The notes beneath the pieces were generated by a model. The model had not been told where the DNA came from. It saw nothing but the letters and a program-made list of their open reading frames with translations, and made no database searches. Position numbers and translations under genes: made by a program. From assembly GCF_000181795.1 (NCBI RefSeq), contig NW_003526945.1, positions 6,140,573 to 6,201,973 on the forward strand: DNA of 61,401 nt, written 5' to 3'. This stretch comes from Trichinella spiralis (Eukaryota). Below, in pieces: positions 1 through 13,811 of the stretch (position 1 is the stretch's first letter; each line of letters opens with the position of its first letter).

Positions 1-345
1 AGTTAGCGATCGCAAAGGTGATCTTCTAAAAAAGAGGTTGTAATATATTGATAGCAAGGCGAACAGAGTGTTTTAGCCAATCTCGATTCACCTATGGATC
101 TCTTACGAGGGATATGAGCGAAAAAATGAAAAAAATGATAGTTATTGTTAAATGCGCCAAAATCTCGTGGTTTAAGGACTAGTCTTGAAAGTTGATTAAC
201 AATTATTTTTCAGAAATGGTTCCAAAAAATAATAATGAATAAATAGCAAAAATAGTGTTTCGCATCAATGTTTGTCTTCAGTCAAATTCCAATGAAAACG
301 CTGAGCTACCATCCACGGACGGCCTCAAACTAAAATGATTTCCAT
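1..345. repeat. Dispersed repeat family, segment B copy (truncated by window start); direct-orientation match to 59719-60069
   Basis: Shared blocks such as GCAAAGGTGAT, TTGAAAGTTGATTAA.AATTATTTTTCAGAAAT.GTTCCAAAAAATAATAATGAATAAA.AGCAAAAATAGTGTTTCGCATCAATGTTTGTCTTCAGTCAA and CCAATGAAAACGCTGAGCTACCATCCACGGA occur in both places. Confidence 0.9.
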
Positions 346-2196
346 TATGTCAATAAAGCGAGCGACATAGCATGCAAATTTTTATTTTATTCATTTCTGC
401 TGATGAATACGGCTACTGTAGATTTTTCATTGCTCTTTATTTACTTAATGCACTCCGTTTGTGGAGAAAATTTAATTGGAGCTTTGCCAAACATATAAAC
501 ACTTCTCATTACACAAAGACCCTATCCGTTGTGTATGTTTTGTGGACGTTGCTCCAAATGAATTCAAATGTATCTCCGGTGATGCAAGTATTGGAATTCA
601 TTTTGACGTAGTGAAGCCTCGCTATAAGCGCCGCAGCCAGTGAGGCGGTAAGAGTTGTTTGCATGTTTTTGAAAGTTATTACCGGATAATGTTCTCTATC
701 AAGGAGTGATCAAATGTAGCAAATTGCTGTTATCATGTAACTATTTCATTTGTTGTTGCACCTTTCATCAGTTTAGTAATTTTAATTAAGGAATAATAAA
801 CAATAATTTTTCAGAATTATAATAATGGTAACTACATTTATTCCTTCAACTAATTCATCTCTCTTTTTTACCAATTTATTTTAAATTCATTCTAAATATA
901 AAATTTCCATATAAGTTTTTTATTTCATAAATAAGATGATTTAATTTTCTATAACCAGATTTTTTATCAATCCGTAACTATTAGGATAGTAAATGCTATT
1001 AAAGTGAGCTTTTCTTAAGTAATGATATTTGTTAAATAAATTAAGTAAAATCACGCAACTCGAAATAATACAGATTCATATTAAGCACTTTTGTTTTGAA
1101 AAGCAAGTAGAGATGACAAACATCGTTAAGCATAAATTAATTGAATTAATGAACTGAATGAACAGAAAATATGCATAAAAAATAAGCAAACCAATCTGTG
1201 CTCAATGCCACGCATGTTGTTAATCAACATGCAGTTCTGTTTGATTTCGTTCGTTTCACACATTTCCAGCATAGTATATTATTCACGAAATAATATACAC
1301 GACATTTCTGTTAGCCAGGTCAGTGAAAAATATAATCAAGAGCTTCGTAACTTATAGTTCTATTTTCAATAACGGTGGGTGAGCGAGCATTTGCGGTTAA
1401 TTGGAAAATTTTTTTGATTGCAAAAAATCGTTGAAGATTACCAATTTCAACTAGAACTTTTGAAACAGATCTCTTCTACATCCCTATTAGCTTATTGCAT
1501 AAATGAAGCAATTCTCTTCGCATTACTGCACAGTATTTTTCCAAAAAACCAACGCATTTGTGAAATAGTTTCCAGTTTTTTCTTTTTTTTAATCCATAAA
1601 ATTACGGTAAACAAAAGCAGCTAGATGTTGAACGAAAACAAAATGATGATCGATTTTATTGATAACTTGTGACTGACAACAACTCGAAATTTGTCTGAGT
1701 AGATAGAAGAAACGCTATCCATTTGTGAGATCGTGATGTTGACTGCAAGCAAACGGAATAGCAACGAGTATGAAAAATGGAAATACAGCAAAATATACTC
1801 AGACAACCCAGCAACGTGGTAGTATTTTTTTTAACAATAACTGATGCATCCATCATCAGTAAAAGAAATGACTGTTGTGCGTTTGCTTTTTTCTCTTTTT
1901 TTCCTTTATAAATGAAAAATCAAATAACTGAGCTGGTTAAAAGAACTTGCTTGAAAATAAATAAATCTGCCGTAAAATCTGGAATGATAAAATGAAGTCA
2001 CCCATTCAATGGGAAGAACGAGACTGTACAGTATGTAAAAAAAATCGCAAGCAAAAAGCAACAACGCATCAACAAGAGTTAAAAAACAAAAAACAAAAAA
2101 AGAAGAAAAAACATGCATTATAATAAATATACAGCGTAAATGTAGCATTATAACAGGGGATAATATGGAGGAGGTATTGTGGGCAAATTGTTTCCA

Positions 2197-5100
2197 TCAG
2201 CGGTGCAAAATCTGATAAATATTATCAGCAGTGCTAGCGAATAGAACAAACGCGTGACAACTTTTGAAAAGCTCATCGATGATGATACTTCCAACTGAGA
2301 GGATTTGTTTCTTGTAATGTTGACGGATTTCGATCAGTTGAACAATTGATGCGTTGAACGTCGCCTCGGTTTCCATATTCATAGAACCGAAATCGCGCAC
2401 AATCAGAGCCGGCATGTCAGTCACAATGACCGGAACCGAATGTTGGAAATTGACCGCGTTCAAAAATGGAAACAGCATTAAACTTACTCGATCTTCACAG
2501 CCACGTCTCAATTTGGCAGTCAGTGGGGCAGCAGTGACAAAATGCCAATTCAAATTGGTCAACGAAGACTGGTGATGCTGGTGCTGGTGACTGGGGCCAC
2601 GTCCACTGGTCGATGGACTATTATCGTGGGCGGCGGTCGACGAATCCCCAGCACTGCAATTACGTTCCAACAAAAAAGGCACCAATTCTGCCATTGACAC
2701 ACGTCGGTCAACAACTCGATCTTTTTCGATCATCTTTACACGCAAATCCGGATCGCCGGCTTTCAACAAAATCACACAGCCAATGTACATCCGACGTGCC
2801 CAACAGATCGCCTGGTCGAGAGATTCGCTCGACTCGTACCAACAGTCGGTGGGAATTTTGTTCGCACGCAACATTTTCATCAGGCGAAATTTTTGCTCAA
2901 TTTTCGAATCTTGACCAATGGAAATGATCAAGACACGCGACGACGAATCGAGATTCTGCTCACAGGCGGCAGTATCTTGGGCCAAAGTGAAAAACAGTCG
3001 ATCGAACCAAAAACTCAAACCGACCGCCGTCAATGGTACGGGCTGATTCTTAAATCCCGGTCCAAGCAAATTGCGCATCAAATTGCTATAACATCCGCCT
3101 ATTGCCACGCAGTCTTTGGTGAAAAAAGAAAACAATCAATCACAAAATAAATAACATTTGAGCTCTAATTGTTTTTCAAATTATTATTTTACCTTCACGC
3201 AATTTGGACAATTTTCTGCATTCGGTAACGCAAAAAACCACATCCGTATAAATGTTCGGATAAACTACATAGCCGAAATCAACGCAAATCGCCAACTGAC
3301 CACAAACCATTTCGGCCATGCTGATGATACGCTTCAATTCGGACAAATAAAGTTCGTACTGTTGCGCATCCTGTGCAAACCACTGGAGCGCATCCGACAA
3401 GCATCTTTCTTTGCTGACCAGCTCGACCAATTTGGGCGCGGTTATTTTCCATTCTTTCAACAAATCACAAATTGCATATTCTCGTTGAAATTTCGACTTC
3501 AACGAGCTAAGAGTTAGTAAAAATTTCTGCTGCATTGACGATTCAGTCACAGAACAGTTTTCCATAAATGCCTGTAAAATAATATTCAAGAAAAACAATA
3601 TACATATCATATTGTTGTTGCTGCTGTTGTTTGCATTATTTAAATGGAAATTTTTGCCAAAAAAAACAAACTTACTTTCAACAAGCCCAAATGATTGATC
3701 TTAATTTGCAAATCAGAATATTTGACAAATGAAAATTCATCGACTACTGCCGAAATGAGCGAAAACAGTTCTACTATGGCGTGCGTGAAGTCGGGCTGAG
3801 GTGCGAGAATGTCAAAAGCGCATTCCAACAATTCTTGTGGATTCATGGGATTTTCACGTTGACGAAATACCGTACCGATTTCGTATCGTTTGAGACGCAT
3901 AATTTTCTGTCTGGCAGCAAAGCGTGCAAAATTGTATCTCAAATCGTAAGGAAGGTTCAAAACCATTCCATCTGTATTCACCAATTCCATTCGATTGGGA
4001 TAACTTTCGGATAAAATACGCGTTCGTGGAACTAGTAGAGGAGCGTTGACGTGTACGCCGCCGAACAGATGAAATAAAGCCGCTAATTTCGTTTCACATT
4101 TTGTGCGACACATTGCCAACTGATCTTGAAAATTTCCCTAAAAACAAAAAAAAAACATTTTACGTTGCAAACAAACAAACAAGCAAACAAACAGTATACT
4201 TTAAAGTAGCAGGTCAGTTGATCATCGTACAAGTATTCTTCAATTGCACTGGGTGATTTAGAAAAAATCATCGAAAACAACTGCTTCATATTCGAACTGC
4301 AACAATTTGCCAATACTTTATTCAAGTTGTAATGAAATTCAAACGGCTCCATTTCGGATATCGGTAACAGCTCACTGTTGAGCAATGCCGCCGACGAAGG
4401 TCTCTGATCTGACCGATGGTCGAGCATCAATTTTAACAACTTTTTCACTTCGTCACTTTTCGACATGAGCAAAAAGTCATCTGGAATAATAATTTCTGGC
4501 TTTCTCAATTCTACCAACACATCCGCTCGTTGCATGGAAGTTTTCATTGGATAGAACATTTCAAACAAAATTATGCCCAAACTGTATATATCAACTTTCT
4601 AAAATTTTATAATTAAGCGGCTGAAAAAAAAAACAAACAAAAACAACATCTCACAACTTACTGCACTACATCGATGACTGTCACTCATTTCAGGGCTCAT
4701 GTACAATGCTGTGCCAACGTTGGAAATAGTAGTATCTTTCATATCCGATTCATTCAGTGTAAAACTTTGACTATCGTCCATACCAAATCGTTCACTCTGA
4801 CCGCTAACCGCCAAACCAAAGTCTCCAATCTTAGCCTGGTCGTTGAGAGAAATGAAAATATTCGACGGTTTCAAATCTCTGTGAATGCAGCCCTGAAAAA
4901 CAAAAAGATTACCAATTAAACAAATGGTGCACCTCATTGGTGCATCATGGATTTGGTAAATAAACCACCTTCGAATGGATATAAGTAAGGCCTTCGAGAA
5001 TTTCGCGGAAAAAACGCCAAGCTCGGTCTTGCTTGACAAACAATTCACCGTTGTCAATGGCTAGTCGAAGTGTATTTTTCTCGCAAATTTCCATCTGTAT

Positions 5101-8100
5101 GTAAAGAATTTGAATCGTTTCTGGATTTGTAACAACACTACTGTCCAATTCAGAATTTTCATCAATTGACTGCTGCTGCTCTTCGTCACCATTTTCAAAT
5201 GCTATCAATAATGAATCATCATCATCATTCTCCATGGAAATTTCATTTGGTAAATCATCAATCGACGACATCTCACCGCTGTCGTTATTTTCCGAAACTA
5301 TTCTAAAACAATAATTCAATGAAATGAAATAAAAAGCGATCATTGAAATTTGCATAAAAATAAATTATTACTCGTTGTCATCATTATGCTCATCTTCAAA
5401 TACGATAAAACTGCTACTGTTCGCTGATGTTTGCGTCTTCACGTCAAGATTGAGCAATTCCAAAGACAGTTGTTGTTCACCATTGCCAGTGGAATACGAT
5501 TTGGTGCAATCGTTGGGGTGGATATTTTGCTTCAGATGAACAGTTTCGATCCAAGAATTATAATAACGTACAACATTATCGTGATTGAGCTGTGACAATA
5601 GTTTCACTTCTCGCAAAATTTTCCTCGACTGCGAAATGTCGCCCGTGCTCAGTGGAACACGCTTCAAAGCGTACTGGCACCGGTCGAGCTTGTTCTTCAC
5701 TTTCAAAACATCCCCGAATCCTCCTCGACCAAGTACTTTCAAAACTTGAAATTCAGATTCAATTCGTTTCGACTGCTCATAACAGTCTATAGAAGAAACA
5801 TCGTGGATCGACTGAGGCAAATCTGCATGGGAAAATAGTGAATTTGTTCGATCGTTTTTTTCTCCATCTTCGTTAATATCGCTGGTCAAAAGCGCATGCG
5901 ACAGCAACAGCTCGCATGTCCAACGTTCCGATCGACGTTTCGCCACCATCAAATTGATCAAATTTTTCAACGGCCGAATAATACTGGCAATTCGATCTCG
6001 CAAATATATATGGTCCGCTTCCACACCGACGGCCAGTTCTACGATGCAAAAACCCAACGCCGACACGTCATCACTTTTCGCATATTCTACATCTTCAACT
6101 CGATTGGATACATTTTTCACTGGTCCATTTTCCGCAAGCAACCACTGAATACAATTCAACTGGTGAGCAATGGCGAAATCGGACAAAAAGAACTGATGCC
6201 CTCCTTCCCACAAACAGTCCAATGTGATTGCATCGTGTGTAATATTACGATCGTGCAAAAACCGCAACGCCTCCAAAATATCCTTCGCCATCAGCTTGAT
6301 AACCGACAACGGACAACGACCTGGGTTGTTGTTACGCACGTATCGGCTCACCGGAAGTACATGATCATGTTTCTTCCAAATGCCGACTAACAAACAGCTA
6401 CCTTGGAAATAACATCCCGCATACAGATACTGCAAAATGTTGCTGTGTTTCACATTTTTCAACGAATCAAAGCCGCACAACACACGTTCCAACTACAACA
6501 CAAGACCAACTTTCATGTTCAGATAAACACACACACACACACACACAAAAATCAACTAAATTCACCTCTGAAGAAATCTGACAGCTCTTTTCAACGCTGC
6601 ATTTTTCAAAATCAAGGCGCCACTCGGTCACCGTTGCCAACTCATTTTTCAACATACAGCTGTAAATGCTCAAATTGTTGCTGCAAACTGAAATATACTG
6701 CATTTCACATGGGGAAATTATTCCATTCCATTTCATTTCATTTTATTTTATTATAAACAAATCCGTTCAACAGTTACAATCAAATCTGACCAATAAAACC
6801 TACCTATTATCTACCTCGACTACATCTTCACTGATTATGATCTGTTTGCTTTTGTTGTTAAGTGCTCACTGAATAACAAACAACAATTTATACCACTTTT
6901 AACAATTACAAAATGCATTACGTCATTTCAGATATTCTACTTCAGTCAGATCAATATGTGTTAATTTTGAAAGTGATGACGTAGCTACCAATTGTGCATT
7001 TACACTTAAAATGCATCTTACTGTACAAAAATATGAAAAACAAGTACTATTTAAAAATAAGAACAAGATATTTAACTTTAAAGTTTTTTTTCATAAATCC
7101 ACCTCACACTTAAACTATCATCTGTAATATTCCTAAAGTACAAAATTAAATTCCATAATTACTATCAATTGTCTGCACAATATTAATAATCATCAAATTT
7201 ATCACTGTCAACATAGTAGATTAAGTGTTACTTTTAAATGGGAATATTATCACTACAACTACTTTGCTATTTAACAGTCTATAATCCTAAGAAATGCTTA
7301 AAATGGGAAAAAATAATTTCATATTACTTAATTAAATATTAAAGAATTTCAAGTTTTGATTTAAGTGTTTAAAACACTTACATATTTCTTTAAGTTTCAC
7401 AAATTTTGGCGGGGAAATATTTTTCACCCATCTACAATATTATTTCATTTAAAATCAATATTCCAATGCATCAGATGTTAATGATTCACCCCAAGTTGAA
7501 CTTTCGAACAACTGCTATACTGGTATCTCCGAGATGCTTAGAAATGGTAACTTGCTCTGTATTGCCGGCAAATAATCGTTGCTCATGCTTCTTGGATCGT
7601 AAAGCCTGACGCGCTTCTGCTCGCCGCTTGTCCAACTTTTCCAAAATTTCTTTATTTTCCCGTTCTTCTTGTTCTTGGAGCTTCTTTTCCATCAACTGAT
7701 GTTCTCCTTGTTCTTTTTGTTTCTTGAGTAAGTTGTTGTGAATCATACCATCATAGAAAGAATGGAATTCTGCTGGTCGATTTAGATGTATTAACTGCTC
7801 TTGGACTTCAATGCACAATTCATATATCATCACCTAAAGTTAACTTCTCTCACACACACAATATATATATATATATATTTCCAAATTTACTTCGCCTTTT
7901 TTCTTTTCTGCCATCTCGTAAATTATGCTTTTAATTTTACCCATAGCTTCATTTCCTATCCCTTCAAGATTTGAAAATTCAATCATTGGTAATCTGAAAT
8001 AAAAAACTCTCAAAGTTTAATACTGATCATCGAGCTCATCGAGGATAATATTTTAATTACTTGGCAGGGTAATTTTTAGGATATTTCACATTCATCTGAA

Positions 8101-8831
8101 CAGATACATATATTTCTGGTTTTTCAATTCCTGACATATCAACCAGCGGATGCAGTTTAACAGAAAACCCTTTTGGATGAATCTAAATGAGTCACCAATG
8201 CAAATATGAAAATAAATTACATCATTTAAATGTGTCAAATAACTTATCAATACAAACCAATTTTTTACCTGCAAATTAACCCACATGTAATGCTCACAGG
8301 CCCTATTCATACTTCTCAACACCATAAAAACTAAATGTACATTTGAAACTAGATGAAAACTTATCAGAAAGAGAAGTAGTAAAAAGCAAAAAGTCTCACA
8401 TTACAAAAAAAAAATTCGATAATAAGTAATCGCTAAAAACTAAAAAAGAAAAACTGAAAATACAACAGCTTAATAAACAAATAATCTCTCCATGCAAACA
8501 AAAAATCAGGAAAATGGCAACAAAAAGTAAAAGAAAAAGAAAAACTACACTTGACATTAACAACTACTCTTTAATATAAAATACGATATCAAAGAATACC
8601 GCATATAAAAATATAACTTTTGGTCTGCTTGCACGTGATTATGCAAATCAAAAATACGTACTTACTAATGCTAAAACTGTACACAAATGCTGAAAACATA
8701 TATAGTAATAAAATTACCAAATCATTCTGGCCGTCTTCATCAACTTTAAAATCCTTGCCATAAATAGCTCGTAGCACCAATATCTCATCCAACTGCTTTT
8801 GGAGGTAGACTTTTTTTGCACGCTTCGGCAT
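2197..8831 (-). CDS. EIF2AK4: eIF2-alpha kinase GCN2, multi-exon (RWD, pseudokinase, kinase, HisRS-like and C-terminal domains)
   Basis: N-terminal RWD (QLDEILVLRAIYG, MIYELCIEVQE); degenerate pseudokinase (5.9-6.5 kb); kinase motifs LGRGGFGDV, YALK, HRDLKPSN, KIGDFGLA, GTALYMSPE with acidic insert; HisRS-like LPYDLRYNFARF, RYEIGTVFR, IGGCYSNL; the exons are bounded by GT-AG. Confidence 0.95.
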
Positions 8832-10349
8832 AGTAAAATAAACTTTACACGTTAAAAACTGCAGCCCATAAAAACTCTACATTCAAAAATCAAAAATAAT
8901 AAATAAACATAAACTAAAATTCCTAAAACTACACCTCTCACAACCTCTCCGAATTAGCACGTCACGCGTAAATTTTACTATACGATAGAATACTTAAGAG
9001 CAATCAGGATATTTACTTATATTTACTGTATTTTATTAAAATTTATTTTAATAAAAATAATATAAGCGAGATATTTAATATAATTATTGTGCAACAGGTT
9101 ATTTTAAAAAATTATTTTTTCATAAAAATTTATTCGCAACCTTAGGTAAGATTTCTAAAATATTAAATTTAATTAAAATATATTCATTTATAATTTAAAT
9201 TAAATTTTTCATTGTTATATAATATCTAGTTGAGATTAAAATTTATAAAATGAAGAGTTAAAAAATGAACCTGACATACATTATGTGACAATACCTAATT
9301 ATCTTTAAATTATTACGGTTTGCCAACAGTCGGCTATTGATCGTCGCTCCTTCGTGGAAGTTGCTCTCACCTTTATCCGGTTACCACAATTTTGGACAAT
9401 TCTTCTGAAACAGTGCTTTGAAGGTTCTGTCATTGTCTTAGTATTCGAAGAACTTTATTTTTATTGAAGCGAAATTTGAAGTTGTCGGTATGTATTATAG
9501 TTTTTGAATAAAGAATTCGCTGTTTTTCAATAATTTTGTGTAGCACGTGTAATTGAACATTTAGTAGTAAATGGTACTTTAGATTGTTCTTAAAATAAAT
9601 TTTGTAATTAATCACACTGATAACTGATGTTTATATCACTAATATCTGTATTTTAAATGGTATTTGTATCCATTCTTCTCAGTTTCTTAAATTGTTCAGG
9701 ATGGTATAGTTATTCACACTTTTGTCGAAAACGAACTTCATTTAAAGAAAAGATTTTTGCGTATCGGTTAGGCTGAAACTAGTTTATTTTTTATTCTATG
9801 ACTGTTTTCTTGTAGCAGTATTGCCTATTTTGAACTTTCTACTAAGATTCTGTCTAGGATTTCCACATTTTAACATTTCTCAAAAATTATTAACTCTTTT
9901 AAAATTACAGAGATGGCTAAATTGCTCGAAATTGATATTTATTGAAATAAGGACCACAGGTTAATATACAGGATTTTTTGATAACACTATTTTTTTCATT
10001 AATTCTTTACTTATGCACTTAAATTCTCCATAATTTTATGTTATGACAGATTGCGATGCTACTAAATGAAAAAATTTGATATAACGAATTGTTAGTAATT
10101 TGAAATACTGCATTTTTAATTCCCTCTTTAAATGTCTCCATCGAAAGAAGTCTATAAATATTTTGTGTATTATATTTTTAAATTTTCACATGTTGACATA
10201 TTTTCAAATTGCAGTATACTGATTTTTAAGTTACATTCTTTATCTTCGTATTACTGTAATACGGTATAATGCCAACTTTTTACTTCCTAGCTTGCTTGGT
10301 ATTTACTCTGATTATTATACTTTATACAACTGTTTTTTAGCTTTTTAAA

Positions 10350-11615
10350 ATGGCAGTAAATGTGTATTCGACGTCTGGAACAACGGAAAACTTATCTCGT
10401 CACGAAATGTTGAATTGGGTGAATGACTGCTTGCAGAGCGCCTTTACGAAAGTGGAACAATTGTGTACTGGGACTGCGTACTGTAATTTTATGGACATGC
10501 TTTTTCCAGGTAAATTAGTGTTATAATTGTTAGGCAAGTTTTAAAGCGAATTGTTTTAGGAAGCGTTGCTCTGCGTAAAGTGAAGTGGAGTACCAAGCTC
10601 GAGCATGAGTACATTCAAAATTTTAAAGTTTTGCAGGAAAGTTTTCTGAAGATGGGGGTCAACAAGGTGAGCTTTAATTGCAGTTTGAGTGAAAAGTGTC
10701 TGTTAAATGAGTTGTTTTAGGTTGTTCCTGTTGACAAGCTCATCAAAGGAAAATTTCAAGATAATTTTGAGTTTCTTCAGTGGTTTAAGAAGTTTTTTGA
10801 TGCGAATTACGATGGACGTCCGTACAATGCTTTGTCAGCTCGTGGAGAAGAGGTAATTTGTATTGTTCAGTTTGAATTTTACTTTATTAGATTGTGTTGA
10901 AGTATTTTATGGTTTAATAATTGTAAATGTATTTTTTCCATTTATTTACGCATTCAGTTTAATCCGAATGTTTTGTGAATATTTCAGCCTATGCCACCGG
11001 CAGATGGAACCACGAAGGCCGCGGGAACTAAGGCTCCAGTTACTCGTCGAGCTCCTGCAACTGCTGCTGCCTCGGAGCGTGTTGCTAAACCCGGTGTGTT
11101 GTCCACTGCCATATTTATTTTTGTTTAGCGATATTTTTATAAGTTGTCATTTTAGTAGCGAAGCGGACAGCTTTTGCTCGTCCGAATTCAACTGCACGTA
11201 GCACTGCAGGTGGCCATGGGCCTTCGAATGGGCAAGCGAATTTGACCGATCAGCGTATTCAGGATTTGACTGAGCAGGTTAATTATATATAAATTATAAA
11301 ATTGTACCGTTTATTAATGTTGTTCAGTTTTTTTTGATTCAGTTGAAGGAGTTGGAAATGGAGCATGCTAATCTGGCAAAAGAGCGCGACTTTTATTACG
11401 GGAAATTGCGTGATATTGAGATCCTCGCTCAGAACTGTGCGGAAGCAGGAGAAGGAATGAACGCAGATACTGTGTTGGAAGTGCTTTATGCTACTGAGGT
11501 AAATGAATATTTAATGTTGAAGGCATGTATTTGTTAATTGTTTCATTTTTAGGAAGGTTTTGCATTGCCGGAAGAGGGCGAAGCAGCAGCAGGGAACGCT
11601 GACGAAACATTTTAA
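10350..11615 (+). CDS. MAPRE1: Microtubule plus-end binding protein, EB1/RP-EB family, multi-exon
   Basis: Spliced translation [26 protein letters not shown]...[24 protein letters not shown] (CH domain), EBH motif [14 protein letters not shown]...LYATEEGF and C-terminus DETF*. Confidence 0.96.
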
Positions 11616-11687
11616 ATAATTTAACGATGATAATAATGATGATGTTAAATGATGCGTTTTACAGTACAAATTGGGAATATAAGCTAT

Positions 11688-11720
<33 letters not shown>

Positions 11721-11721
11721 T
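11688..11721. repeat. (AAT)n microsatellite in the EB1 3' UTR
   Basis: Run of about 11 AAT/TAA units. Confidence 0.9.
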
Positions 11722-11979
11722 AAGATTAATTTTATCTTTAGTACATTATCTGCCTTTTAGCACTGTCTTTGGGCACAATGTTATGAGTAAAAATTGTTGT
11801 GCAGAAATGATTAAGATAATGCCATCTGTTTCATGTAATTGCTTGATGTTGTTTACAGCAAATAAACATGTCAATTATTGTTGTTTGTGATTTGTGAGAA
11901 AATGTAACTTTGCACTTGGATATTTTCTGATTACATGAATCTTGGTATTATTATTAATATTTGTTGCGTTGAAAGCCGA

Positions 11980-13337
11980 ATGAGTTCTGAAGAAAGCGAC
12001 TTCCTTGCTTGCGTGATGGAGAAGATGAAAATGAGTGGCTTTTATGACGAAATACAGGTTTTTCGCATCAAATGACGTTTCCATTTTTATTGAATAAATG
12101 AAATTTTTGTCTTCTTAGAAAGTGATCAAAGCTGAAACTATGCGCATGGTTATGTTTGAAAATGGGCAGGTAAACAGCGTCTGTGGTGTGTGTGTGTGTT
12201 GGTTTTTTTTCACGTTGAATAGATTAAATTATTTCAGAAAGAAGATGCTAAACTGGCAGATATTGATAACTTTGTACGAACCAAATGTGGACGTTTGTAT
12301 TTTGATGCGTTCTGTGATTTTCTGGTCCAATACAAACTGTTCAACACTACCAAAACACTGCTAGCTGAACTTGGACTGGTGAGCATTCAGGAAAGCAAGT
12401 AAATTTGAATGAATATATTTTCGTTTATTGAAATAATAGCATCAAGAGCTGGGTGACAAGAAACACGAATATTGCAATTTGCCAGAACTATTTGCAAGCG
12501 AATCAGGAATGAATTTGTTGAATACCGTCGGCAGTGGTTCTGCTTCGAATGTAAATTTTATTCTACGGTCGTCTGATGAGAGAAAAAAACAGAAAACACC
12601 ACGCGCCTATTTTCTCTTTACTTGTTGTACTGTTTTTTCAGGATGTTCTTTCAAAGTCTCGCTGCAATACAAACAGTCAATTTGCAGATTCTTCCGTTTT
12701 TTCCACTTTCCCGGTCAAAAGTCTATCCCAGACCAGGTGTACTATTCGGTGCCGCATTTTTGTGTGAAAGATTTGAATGTTTTCAACTTTTGATTTGAAA
12801 TTTTCAGTAATGATGCTATGAATGACGATGAATCGCGATCAGGCAAGTCGGAGTGGAGAAATTTTGAACAAATCTATTCCAAGTTGGAAGGGCGTGGCAA
12901 AATAGCGCCGCCCAATTTGTCGGCAAACATACCACCGCCGGATGAGGAGCAAATTTCTGTCGACGAATCGACTGCGAGCAGTGGACCGAAAAGAATGGAT
13001 TTGTTCTCTTTTCCTGAACTGAAAGGGAAAGTGCAGCCTGAAAAAGGCAACGCCAATCTGGCGATCGATCATCTGCTCAAAGAACTGTCCATAGATGAAG
13101 CCGAATCTGGTAAGGACATTTTGAAGCTTTTAAATCACTTTCAGTCTCAGCTTCTCATCAATCAATGCAATGTTGTTGGTGGTGGTGGTGATTTTTGCAT
13201 GCGCCCATGATGTTCTTTTTTTCATTTCAGATACTGTCGAAGAATGTGGAAAAGCTTCAGACGATTCAATTGCAAAGGATATGGAATTCGCTAAATCAAA
13301 TTATTCTGATAACAGTGACGACCAGTTTAGTTTTTGA
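11980..13337 (+). CDS. FOP/FGFR1OP (CEP43)-like centrosomal LisH protein, about 7 exons
   Basis: Manual splice: MSSEESDFLACVMEKMKMSGFYDEIQ|KVIKAETMRMVMFENGQ|KEDAKLADIDNFVRTKCGRLYFDAFCDFLVQYKLFNTTKTLLAELGL|... By recall this resembles the FOP N-terminus (SGVLNRIKAELRAAVF...KFLNTKDGRLVASLVAEFLQFFNLDFTLAVF), followed by a Ser/acidic low-complexity region. All junctions are phase-consistent GT-AG. Confidence 0.7.
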
Positions 13338-13811
13338 ACAATAGATTTCAAAATGCAGAAACAATATTGAAGCGGTCGACTGAAACAATGTTGTTGAACT
13401 TTGCAATTTCCACTTCACTTTAATGCCGCAGATTGTTTGTTTGTTTGTGCTTGTAATGTTCTTATGGAAAACATTACTCTCGTTGCTGTTGTATACTTCG
13501 ACTTTGATGCTTGTTGTCACGCTTAACTGTATCTAGATTTCTCCAATGCAAATAATACTTGATTTTACTATTGTCATTATACTGTAATAGTAAATCTCTG
13601 TTAAACACTAATAATTAAGAATGATTACTTTGAAAGATCTTATAAATATATAAAGAAATTTCTATTTTGTCAATTGAATTGGAAAACATTTCCACATCGT
13701 GCGCGTAGCTAAACGCTAGGCTAGATATTCGATATCATGCTTAAACTTTACCGTTGTTTATTAATTTGTAATTCAATTTCAAACAACGTAGCGTTATATA
13801 AAGATGATCAC

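Noticed and set aside
610..652. SECIS-like GTGAA...AA...stem
   Set aside because: Helix is too short, there is no 3' GA, and no selenoprotein ORF is visible upstream.
2354..6872. Many + strand ORFs of 60-164 aa
   Set aside because: Antisense shadows of GCN2 exons with no recognisable motifs.
9310..9440. GC-richer island between GCN2 and EB1
   Set aside because: No convincing ORF or RNA fold; may be a UTR exon or promoter but unsupported.
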